NCBI GenBank assembly: GCA_002269645.1
Contig: NIVC01003216.1
Span: 1 to 64,000, forward strand
Source of the DNA: Macrostomum lignano
Taxonomy: Eukaryota
Length of the DNA stretch: 64,000 nucleotides
Direction of reading: 5' to 3'
Each line of letters begins with the position of its first letter. Position 1 is the first letter of the stretch. Shown piece by piece: positions 39,710 through 50,291 of the stretch. Under the pieces are notes generated by a model. That model made no database searches and was not told the DNA's origin. It worked only from the letters and a program-made list of their open reading frames with translations. The position numbers and the translations under genes are program-made.

Positions 39710-40070
39710 TCACAGGGCTTGTCTCACGGCTTGGTCGCGAAGACAGGCCGCTCCACCGACGAAATCCGGGGCGCCAGAATCAGCCAGCAGGCAGTCGACA
39801 AAACGCCGAGTGCGCGCCTGTCAGTTCCGATAAGGGTGTCTGTGGCGTCAGTAGCAGCGCCTCCGACAGTACGACTCGTGGCGCAGATGATGTGGCCTGC
39901 CAGCTGGAGTCGCCGACGGCGCAACGGATCGGTGGGTCGGACCAGGCCGGTTCGGCGATACAATGCCACGCTGCAAACTCGCTCGTCGAGGATCTTAAAG
40001 GCGGCGCGCAGCAGGCCAGCGTGCGCCGCGAGTTGAACTGCAGGACGGTCTCAACCTCTTCTCTCGGCGT
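39710..40070 (-). mobile_element. RTE-clade LINE 3' fragment
   Basis: LLRAAFKILDERVCSVALYRRTG...LRRRRLQLAGHII resembles the RTE C-terminal RRLRWAGHV motif; frameshifted afterwards. Confidence 0.75.
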
Positions 40071-42911
40071 TATTACGATGGGATTTTTTGTTATTATTAG
40101 TACTTTGAATTAACTAATTGTAATTCCGATAATCATATAAAGCCTTTGTGCGTTTGCTGTGATCTCTATCAATCTCTACAATGTATCTTTTGAAATGAAA
40201 TTTCCCAGTGAAAATAATTTTAAGTCAAGAGCCTTAACAAATTTACAAATTTGTTGCAACACTCAGTTGCATATTGAAGGTTTAGCTGATCAAAAAACAC
40301 CGGTTTAAATCAAATAGCAGAAAGCACAGGTCGTATCTATAAAATTTCGGGTTTAAAACTTGATTTGCCCATTGGCAACTAAAGTAGTGCAAATATTGCG
40401 TGATAATGTTTTATGTTAATGCGTTGGGTGCAATGTAAATTATTTAAGCTAATAGATGCATCTATATTACTAAATTTTTCAAAGTAAGTAGAGAGTTTAG
40501 GGTTTAAAGTTTAAAACAAAAAATATTTATTGCATAAGACAGAAAAGCCCCAAATCTTTTCAACTTGAGCGCATTGCAATACAAAACTCTTTCGTAGTTT
40601 TCATTGAATCTGCGGCGTCATTGCAGACCCTGTGGCAAGCAAACGAGAATTGACCATGCAGCTAGGGTCATTGAGCCAACGCACTGAAGCGCGTCAGAAA
40701 CTTTTTCGCTCTGGAAGCAGAAAATTCTGAGGAGTTGAGGAGGCAAGAAGAGAGGCCTTCTGCTGGGACATTGGTGGTGAATCCTCGCTCACCTGAAATG
40801 TAAAGCATATAGCTGCGTCAATGACTGACTGGGTATAGGTCCGTGCCAGTGTAGTGAGCCCTGGTGGCTCACTATGGGGTTGTTGAGCGATTCCAGCGCT
40901 TATTGGCGCGCTTGTAAGTTCTCAGGAGTCAGCGCGAAATGGCACGTTGTGGGACGTAATGTCGCCAGGGTGTCAAAAACTTTATTGCAATCGTTAAGGA
41001 GCCAGGACTTTTCGGTGGAGACTCGCATTTTTGAGGCTGTTGTTTATTTGAGTAGTGTTCTGGTGGCTACTAAGCAATGGGGGCGCCAGCACCAAGTCAA
41101 CAAATTTGATTACCGATACAAAACAATCGTGTTTTCCTGAAATTCAAGCTTTGCTTTTCAGGATTTGCAATATTTAACAAACATTAAAGTAATTTTAAAT
41201 TTAATCTAACAGTTTTGATTCATTAAAATACCTTCTGAATTTTTTACTTTGGAATCCATCTAGGCGTAATTTTGTTCAAGATGCATGCAAGCTGAGTAGC
41301 AGCCTCTGGCGCGGAAACTTTTGCTTTCATATTTTCCCACAGTCATCCCTGGGACTGCGACCTGCTCTTCGCGGGGAATGGATGAGCCAAGGATGCCTTG
41401 AACAAGGATCTGAAGTGCCACAGCTCTTCCCCGAACACTCATCAATCCCCGATGCAATACGGCTGCCGGCAGATTTTTAGTTCAACGCTCGGCAAATAGG
41501 GAAGTGTTTGCGTTGTTTTTAATAAAATTATCGTAACTTCTGCTGGGTCAACTCAATTTTGACCGGTACGGTTGATCCACAGATTCTAGTATCTGTTGGT
41601 TAATCTCGCTTTAAATGTCGTGAACTACTAAATTATGAAAGTTATGGTTTGGGAAAGAGCTCTACCCCAGATTATTGTTTCAAGATTTCCTTGGATGCGA
41701 AACGAAACAATTGGTGGCAAATCTTTCTGAAAAAAGTTGCGCTATTCACTTAAAGTGCCGGACCGCGACGCTTTGGGGAGGACTTGGCGGGTTTGGAGAA
41801 AAGCGGAAGGGGAAGGAGGACAGTGGGGGCCAGTAAAGGACAATGGACAGTGGCAGAAACTACAGCTGCATCCTTTGCAGAAACTTGCTTAGCGAAAAAA
41901 TGGAATTAAAACTAAACTACTGCCATCTGCATGGGTTACTTCTTTTGGATGCACAGAAGCTGTCTGCCAGAGAGAAAAATTGTCTTAATTTGTGCAGTAT
42001 CCAGCCAAGACAGGGGACTTGGGTGGTCTTTCTCGAAAACAACTTACGGTCTTACGCAGAGCGTAAAGTTTTAACTTAAGATCGAACTTACCATAGAACT
42101 TACGCAAGTTTCGAGAAAGACCCCCCCCTGACATGGCAAAGGGGGCTTATAGAAGCTCTGCAGTTCGATTCCAAACTTGGCGACATAACTTTTTTGGCTC
42201 GTGCACTAAAACTTACTTTTCATGAATTTTCTTGGGATTCATGGGGTAAGGACCAATCTTCAAGGCACAGAGCGTGTGTGATACTGTCTGACGATGAGAA
42301 ATCAAGGCCACTGTACACCATACATGATTCGACTTGCGGGCAATAATGCACGAGATCCCCAGAAAACCGACAAACCAAGAGAAGGAAGGATGCCCATGGG
42401 CTTTAGCTTTCAGAAGACATCAAAATACCAGAGTTAAGGACTCAAGCCATGCTGCCGCCAGTACTACTTGTGAATTCAAATACTTGGCTGCGATGGAAGC
42501 CATGCTTAAACTATAAAACGAAAAGTTTTCCATTCACTTTATCCATCAAAGCGTAACGCGAGTACAATGGTTTGCAGGCAAAGATTGAGAGGGAGAGAGG
42601 GGAGAGAAATAGACAGCAAACGGGCCTTTACCCCTGGCTCCCCTCAACTGTGAGTTGTACAGAAATGGATAAAATCACCATGCCGGAATAAACAAACATA
42701 AGCATACGCACTCGAGCCCCGTCCAATGCAGTGCATGCAGGTCAAGCCGCAGACCAATTGGCCACATGGACACAAGTGTAGCCCCACCGCTAGCCAATGC
42801 CAACAAAGCTGCAGCTGTAGTAAGACGTATGAGTTGCGATAAAAAGCATAAAAAATTGCCTCTGGCGTTTTGAGCTGGCCTCAGTACGCAAGAAGTCAAG
42901 AAAAGTTGAAA

Positions 42912-43657
42912 ATGCCCTCGAAAACTCTACTCTTAGCTTTGGTGGTCATCCTGGCTGCTCGACCGTCAACTCAGGATCCTGTTTTTCAAGTGGTAAAAAT
43001 GGGTGCATCCGAGGCTCCAGCGGTCGCTAAATCCGTGCCCGGCTTCAGTTCGATCGACTGCGCTATGAAATGCGCTGAAATTACTGGCTGCTTTGGCTTT
43101 AATTGGCTGCAAAATCTTTGTGGTCTTTTTAACATTAGCTCCTATGAGAATGCCTGGACGGGCTGCAACAACTGCGACGTTTTTATTCTACCTAGTAAGT
43201 AAAATTTTCGACTCATATCTATAACATAGAGATGTAGTTTTGTATTGCCGTATTGAAATTTTCAGTGCCCCAGAAGAAGAGAGCAGCCAACTGCACGCAG
43301 AGTTCCACGTACTCCACTACGAATCACCTAAGCGTTTGCGAGAGCGCGATTGACGGAAACAGGTCGCAACTGACAGCTCTCTGCAGCATCACGCAAAATG
43401 GTCCAAACGAGTGGTGGGAAGTGGAATTGGTCAACGCTACTTGGATCAAGTATGTCACCATCTACAACAGGCAGGAGTGCTGTCAGGAGTGGCTCAACAA
43501 ATTATCGCTGCAGGTGGACGGCGTCGAGTGCAACCGAGTGAACCTGACGGTGCCCTTCTCCATTGGAAACTTCAGCTGCAACGCCTTCGGGAGCCGAGTT
43601 CGAGTCCAAAGTCTCGTCACAAATTATCTAATTTTGTGCGAAGTTGAGGTATACTAA
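42912..43657 (+). CDS. Secreted PAN/apple + F-type lectin-fold protein, copy 6, non-canonical sugar site (exons 42912-43194, 43266-43657; 224 aa)
   Basis: Signal MPSKTLLLALVVILAA; 71-bp phase-1 intron CCTA|GTAAGT...ttcAG|TG; open frame; motif reads I-X26-R-Q-E-CCQE-W. Confidence 0.9.
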
Positions 43658-45613
43658 AATTCTGCGGCATCACTCTTAGTTCGAATAGCTTGTGGCTGAA
43701 CAATGATTTGCAATCGCTAAATTAGCAAACGTACGAGCGTATAGAATCAAAGAACCGCTTAAATTGTAGGTGATATTTTTACTTGTTTTTGTGCACTTCT
43801 TAAAAAATTTTATCCTACAACGTATATATCTTCACTCCAACTTAAAGCCAAAAAGTGATAGTCTTAGATTTCAGCTTTGATATTTTCTACTTTTCTGCTA
43901 ATTTTAAAAACAAATTATTCTTCTAACCCTTTATTCCACTTCAAACTTTTTTAAGTTTTCAAGTTCTCAAAAAGTTATTCTACATTACGAGTATTCAATA
44001 AAACTGGACTTCGAATAATTCCAACTATATGGATAGCTACGTCAGGACTCCGTCTCAAAAATTATTTTTCCTTTACCAGCCGTAGATGCAACCAACTCTG
44101 ACGCATTCAAATATATAAAAAAATACATACTACGCATGCAAAAAAAGTAAAAGCGCGGATTCTTAAGCCTCAATTAAAAATTCCGAAACGTTGAAGAGTG
44201 CTTCAATCATAAATCGACACTCCAATAGCCGCTGATTTACCCAACTTACTCGACATCGCTGGGAAATGCTTTTTCACACATTACGCCGACGAATGCCGAA
44301 ATTATACGTCAGCTGAACGGCAGTGCAGTTTAAAAGTACCAATTTGCTAGCCAAATCGATGTGTTGGAAAGTCGAGAGGTCGGACAGCGCTGCTGACATT
44401 GGATTGATGCACGGGAGTGCATTTAGCAGTGACAAAAATGTCAAGGAGTTGGAATTTCATCGTTGATTGACTGGTAAAAGTTAAAGTTGTGCTGGGTAAG
44501 CGTACATGGGGAAGGCGTTGTTTTATTGTTTTATCCTAATGCGGTGGTCCCATTCTCATTTTTACGCTCGTATAACTCCCCTCTAGCCTGCAGAAAGGAC
44601 TGAAAAACGCACAAATGTGCTGAACTGACATTCTTGAACACGTAGTCGATCAAAAACGAAATAAACGAGACAGGTAAAGTAGTAGCAAATGTGGTCTCAA
44701 ATCTTAAAATATAATAAAGTACGCTCGTAATAAAATCGTCCCGAGTTTCTGTCTCGTACGAAAGGGCCTCAGCATTGTGCGATTTAAATGCTGTTTAAGT
44801 AAAACAAATTATACGTCAGCTATTTAATTAATACTAAAACAATGTTCCGTTTCACTAGCTCGTATTCGTGTAGTTTTCTATGGATTCTAATGCGAAAACA
44901 TTACTGATGACAGTAGCATATTGCTAAAGTCTGCCACTTAGTCGGAGCTGTGGCATGAAACAACAGAGGGCACTGCTGAGGACTGGGCCAGTTTTGGCTT
45001 GAGACAGCATGAGACGCGAACCTCAGACCAAAAGCAGAATTCAGATAAAAAATGGTAAACATATGAGATACATGAAACAGGGGGAGAAATGAGGAAATGT
45101 TTGTAATGGCAGCACTTTGTTAAATAGTATACGACTTGGAAAATTAGAACTAGTATGATATATCGTCATCGATTTACTTTGACAGCTAGTATACGATATG
45201 TATTTGTGAAATCGAATTTCTCTATCCTAAATTCACTATAATAAGCGTATTAGCGACGGCAAACACCAATGGGAAGCTTTTTGGCAAACGGTAAAATAAA
45301 TAAAATCAATGTCCAACAGTTCGCACCTGCTTCAATTCACGCCTTTTACTGGTTGTTATCTTGCTGTTAACTAGGAGTAAATATCACCCCGTAAAAATAT
45401 AATTTAAAATTCATTGAAACAGTGGTAAACGAGTAAAGTCGGCGCTCTCAAATTTAAAAGTTTGCTTTTCATCGGCAAATATCGTTAAAAGATTTATCGA
45501 GTTTGGCGGGGAAAAAACTGAAACCAATAGGAATCGACAAGAATGACAGTATAAAAGAGTTATCATTCGTTCTCGTGTCCAAAGAGCAGCTCCACTAAAG
45601 AACTTTAGCAAAA

Positions 45614-46974
45614 ATGTGTTCCACAATCCTATTCTCGTGGCCAATACTCGTAATTTTATCATTCAACAGCTCGCAGCAGGTCAAGTTTGATTTGGTTAAA
45701 AAGGACAGTGGCACAGCTTCAACTGCCATGGAGGCTGCATCAGTCGGCAATAGAGTAGCCTGTGCAGTCAGGTGTAGCCAACAGACAGCTTGCTTCGGTT
45801 TCAGCTGGGTAACGCAATCTGTGCAGGCTGTTCAATGTCAGTGCCTATCTTCGAGCAGACTGGCAAAATTCATCCAAATGTAGCCTCTACACACGAGCTT
45901 ACGGAAAAGGTATGCTTTACTAATTGCCGCTGCAAATCGACGCGACAAGAGGCCATGAGGGAAGCCTGAGGTAGCCCATAGTTTTAGCAATACCCTGATG
46001 GGCGTCGCCATGGATTTTATGGTGGGGGGACAAAGCCAAGAATTCTACATTTTATAATCCTGCATCCTACTCATTTTAGCACCGCAGGCACTCATTTTAG
46101 CACCGCAAGCACTCATTTTAGCGCCAAAAGCACTCATTTTAGCGCCGCAGGCACTCATTTTAGCGCCGTAGGCGCTACGTTTTTGTCGCCATGCAGCAAA
46201 ATTATTGATTTCCACAATGGGCCACAAGGTGGGGTGGGGGGCACAAAGCACTGGCATGTCCCCCCAGATCTTTTACTGGGGGGGGGACATGTCCCCCCCT
46301 GTCATCCACCCCTTGGCGACGCCCCTGAATACCCTAATATCAACAGGAAAACTTGAAAAGTCTGGTTTTGTACAGCAATCCGACGCTACATTTCATCGAC
46401 GGATAAAGACGTCATACGTCGGTTGAACGTCGGTATAATGTAGAAATACATATTTGTCAGCCAACATCGGATTGCTGTACGGGATTCCGTTGTGCGGGAC
46501 ACTGTTATTGGTATTCTTACGAGCTAGCATCAGTAAAAATTAGCATTTACATGTATATGCTCGTATGGTTTAAAACGTATTCCAGAACGCGCTGTTCTAC
46601 GTACCACCGGCTGTAACCAGAGCTCAATGCACACAACGCATAGCTGTGACCTAGCCATCGATGGCAACAGGGACCAGTTCAATTCTAGCATTTGCAGCGC
46701 TACAGAATCTGCCGCCAACCAGTGGTGTGGGAGATGCAGCTCGCAAAGAGACAACACATCAAGTACGTCACCATCTACAACAGGCAGGACTGCTGCGCTT
46801 AGCGGCTCAACCACTTCTCACTGCAGGTGGACGACGTTGAGTGCAACCGAGTAAACCTGACGAAGCCGTTCTCCGTGGCCAACTTCAGCTGCAACGCCTT
46901 CGGCAGCATGGTCCGCGTGCAAAACTTGCAGGCTACATTTCTTAACGATTTGAGGGTTTGAAATTTACGACTAG
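45614..46974 (+). pseudogene. PAN + F-type lectin copy 7, pseudogene (exons ~45614-45909, 46586-46974)
   Basis: Frameshift after CFGFSW near 45812, frameshift at TGGTGTGGG near 46725, in-frame TAG in CCA*R near 46800, His replaced by Ala (CSAT). Confidence 0.88.
45997..46327. mobile_element. hAT-type MITE in the copy 7 intron
   Basis: TIRs GATGGGCGTCGCCA / TGGCGACGCCCCTG; 8-bp TSD AATACCCT at 45989-45996 and 46328-46335; carries about five units of the 21-bp minisatellite. Confidence 0.85.
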
Positions 46975-49294
46975 AGCATGCAAATGTCGTCCCCAACAAT
47001 TAAACTTACTGAACAAAATAATTTGAAATAGTAAAGTTCGATTTTATTATAATCCTATGTCGTTGTCACATAGAGATTCCAATTTCTTAACGTTAACGTA
47101 AATGCGCTTTAACGAGTCACTAACTGAAGCGAACAAAAGTTCCAAGAGTATGTTTTAAAAAACAAATATTTCTGGTCACTTACCTTGAAACTCGGGGGTA
47201 AGCAAACACTTTTAAATTAAGGGCCAGATACAGAATCCAGCTCATGACTGCAGACCAGAGAGAATAGAAAAAGAAGAGAGGGTAAAGTGGGGAGATGAGA
47301 AAGGAGACGGGAGAGGAGGGAAGAGAAGAGAGAGGGGAGATGGGATATGAGAAAACAGAGGGAGAAAAGGAGGCAGCTAAGAACAGACACAAGACTTGAG
47401 CGGACCCGAATTGCTATTGTGAAGTTTCAAAGTGCTGTGGCTATAAGCCAAGCTGAACCATAAACAAAATGGTTTGCCTCCCAGTGCACCGTACGCTTTA
47501 GCAATCTACGTGTAACGAGAGCAAGCTAGGCTTGCAGAAATAAATATATAATGAGACAAGAGTCGAAGATCGGCTGGTTTTAATATAGTCTTAAGTTCGT
47601 GACTTGTTCCTTTGACTAGTCATAAAAACAAAAGACACAACACACAGGACCCGAGGGCCGTATAGAGAGGCTTCGTGGCCGCAGGCCGAAGCTTGCCGGC
47701 CGACCCCTGTTTTAAAACAAAGCTTCTAAAATTCTAAAGTACAAGCATGAAACCAAGAAAAAATTTGGAAATATATAATTTACTATGTTACAACAGCCTC
47801 TGCAGAGAGTACTTGAATCGTCGGACTGATTCATAATGAGATTTATTCGGAATAGGAAGATGTTATTTTTGTTTAAATACCGTTAATAAGTTAAAAACAA
47901 AGGATTTAGAATACTGCATATAGCTGGTTTGGAAAGAAGACTATGACTGTGGTAAAAAGCCAGTCGAAATAATTTTATCGTGATTAGTTACTGCAAGTAG
48001 AAAAGTAATGTATTAACATGCATTCATAGTGGCCAATCAAAATCCAAGGTCGTCCAAGCAAATGCACAGCGTTCAAACTTTATCAATTGTAAAGGCAGAG
48101 ATCAGAAACAGACGGAATATTCAGGCTTTTTCAGGAATCTACAACTGAAATTATTCATAAAACCGAAGTTGACTAAGTGGTTAATCATGCGAAATAAAGT
48201 TATAATACTTCTATTCCTTTCTGCCAGTAGAATCACCATGGCAACCATTGCTACTATACCTATTTAATCGTTAAATCCAGCAGCCCAGTTGCTCCCCCAT
48301 CGATGGAGGAGGTGGTGCAGGACGAAAACCCGCTGTTTTGCGCTAGAAAATGCACGAATCAAGTGTTGGGCTGCTTCGGCTTCAGCTGGATCCAGGGACT
48401 GTGTCAGTTCTTCAATCTCTCCGCGTTTTATAATTCGACTTGGGACAAGTGTGATGCTGTTGACTGCAAATTCGATGTTTACAAGAGACATCTCGGTGAG
48501 CTTTGATCGGAATAATAACACGAATATGGACAATTGGAGTAGCAACACGATGTACTGCAGTGGCGCACGCAGCGGGGGACAAGAAGGACAGCAAGACAAA
48601 AGTTTCGCTACTCCAAAACCTCCAAAAACTACATAATATGGGCGACCATGCAAGCTCGACGAATCGCAGTGCCTACACTTTTGCTACTTTTGGACATAGC
48701 ATCAACCGGTCTAAGAGACAGGCTTGTGGCACCAAGAGCCAGGGACACCCACCAAGAGACAGGGGGCTCTCACCAAGAGACAGGGGCGCTCACCAACGTT
48801 CTGCCAGAATGTCTTGTTTTTCAATAAGCGCCCATGTGTTCCATACACCTAGTGTACCAATCAGCACTGTGCCTCAGTGCGGTCTTGCCAAGCTTTCAAA
48901 TTTCATTAGCACGCCGATTTCTGACTTTGGCAGCCACTGGCCTTATCCAAATCTTCAAAAAATAGCACCAGGGTGCTATGGACACCGACCTGCTGTGGAC
49001 TATGGCACAGATGAAGCCTCGACAGTGTGCAAATCTCAACTGCAAGTTGCTTTCAACAGTTTCTTAAGTACTCAGTCATCACCCCGACGCCGTCGGCACC
49101 TTCTGCAGGTAGCCGTCTTGGCAAAATCATTGACTATCTGAACGTTCCAGATAGCTAGCGACATCAAGTTGCTCCTTTGCTCCGTTCAGGAGCAGCAAAA
49201 CTTTTCTAGAGAGAGGGGGGGGCGAATTTTACTTTGTATAAAAAACGCGGCTATTTTTTGTACTTTTACTGTTAAAAACTGTGTAAATAACTCC

Positions 49295-49305
49295 TAAATA
49301 AATAA

Positions 49306-49337
<32 letters not shown>

Positions 49338-49342
49338 AAATA
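49295..49342. repeat. (AAAT)n microsatellite
   Basis: Visible tetranucleotide run in the copy 8 intron. Confidence 0.85.
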
Positions 49343-49728
49343 AACTCTAGTGTAAATAACTCCTACTGTGTAAATCTCATGATGGCTAAAATAATCAATC
49401 CCGCTATCAAATCTTAGAACCGCGTCGTTTGAACACTTCAAACTGCGAGCAGAGCAGCCTGATTCACGATGGTGTCTGCACCCGAGCCATAGACGGCAAC
49501 ACTGGCCAATATTACACCACGGGATCCTGCTCCCACACTGAATACGGCAACGGCCAGTGGTGGAAAACACAGCTATCCACATCTGCTCTTGTTTCCTACG
49601 TCACCATCTACAACAGACAGGACTGCTGCGCCTACCGACTCAACAAATTCTCGCTGCAGGTGGACGGTGTCGAGTGCAACCGAGTGAACCTGACTGGGCC
49701 GTTCTCCGTGGCCAACTTCAGCTGCAAC

Positions 49729-50113
49729 CATAGATAAAGTATACATAGATTCCACCCCTGCCCCCGCGGAGTGTCTAAATTGTGACCATCACTTTATTCA
49801 CTGCGCTCCTATTGGCTGGGCCACGCTATGCACATTGAGTCCACGTGTGTACATTCCCCCAACTCCGGAACACTTGCGTGTCGACTTCATTCTTGCTAAA
49901 CTGTTGAAACTGGTAAGACATCCTTTCGTTCCGCGCATTAAAGTTATAAAGCTTTCTTGTGTGGAATGGGTCAGGGAATGAAATCGAAGGGGTTGAAAGG
50001 AAGGCTTTCGCGCCAGCCAATGAGAGCACGGTGAGTTTTATGGTGGTCAAAGTTTGGACACGAGCGTGTGTACATTCTGGGCAGGGGTGGAATCTATGTA
50101 TACTTTATCTATG
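49729..50113. mobile_element. MITE with 35-bp perfect TIRs and 8-bp TSD (P- or hAT-like)
   Basis: CATAGATAAAGTATACATAGATTCCACCCCTGCCC at 49729-49763 and its reverse complement at 50079-50113; TSD GCTGCAAC at 49721-49728 and 50114-50121. Confidence 0.93.
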
Positions 50114-50291
50114 GCTGCAACGCCTTCGGCAGCCGAGTTCAGGTGCAGAGCCTTCTGCCATATGAACTTACAATCTGTGAAATAGAGATTTATGGGATTG
50201 TGTGATGTAACAACAATGACGGTGATATCAAACTCGTAAATCTGGTCTGAATATCAAAGCAAGATACATGTAGACAAAAAATCGACAAAAT

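Larger units (their letters stand above)
48187..50205 (+). pseudogene. PAN + F-type lectin copy 8, disrupted (exons ~48187-48495, 49418-50205)
   Basis: Signal MRNKVIILLFLS is out of frame with the PAN domain (indel ~48230-48250). Exon 2 has canonical H-X26-RQDCCAYR but a 385-bp MITE at FSCN|AFGS; the frame resumes to a TGA at 50203-50205. Confidence 0.88.

Noticed and set aside
48559-48800. hAT-like MITE with CACCAAGAGACAGGGG repeats (related piece at ~29500-29680)
   Set aside because: Only one TIR is visible at each site and no TSD, so boundaries cannot be supported.
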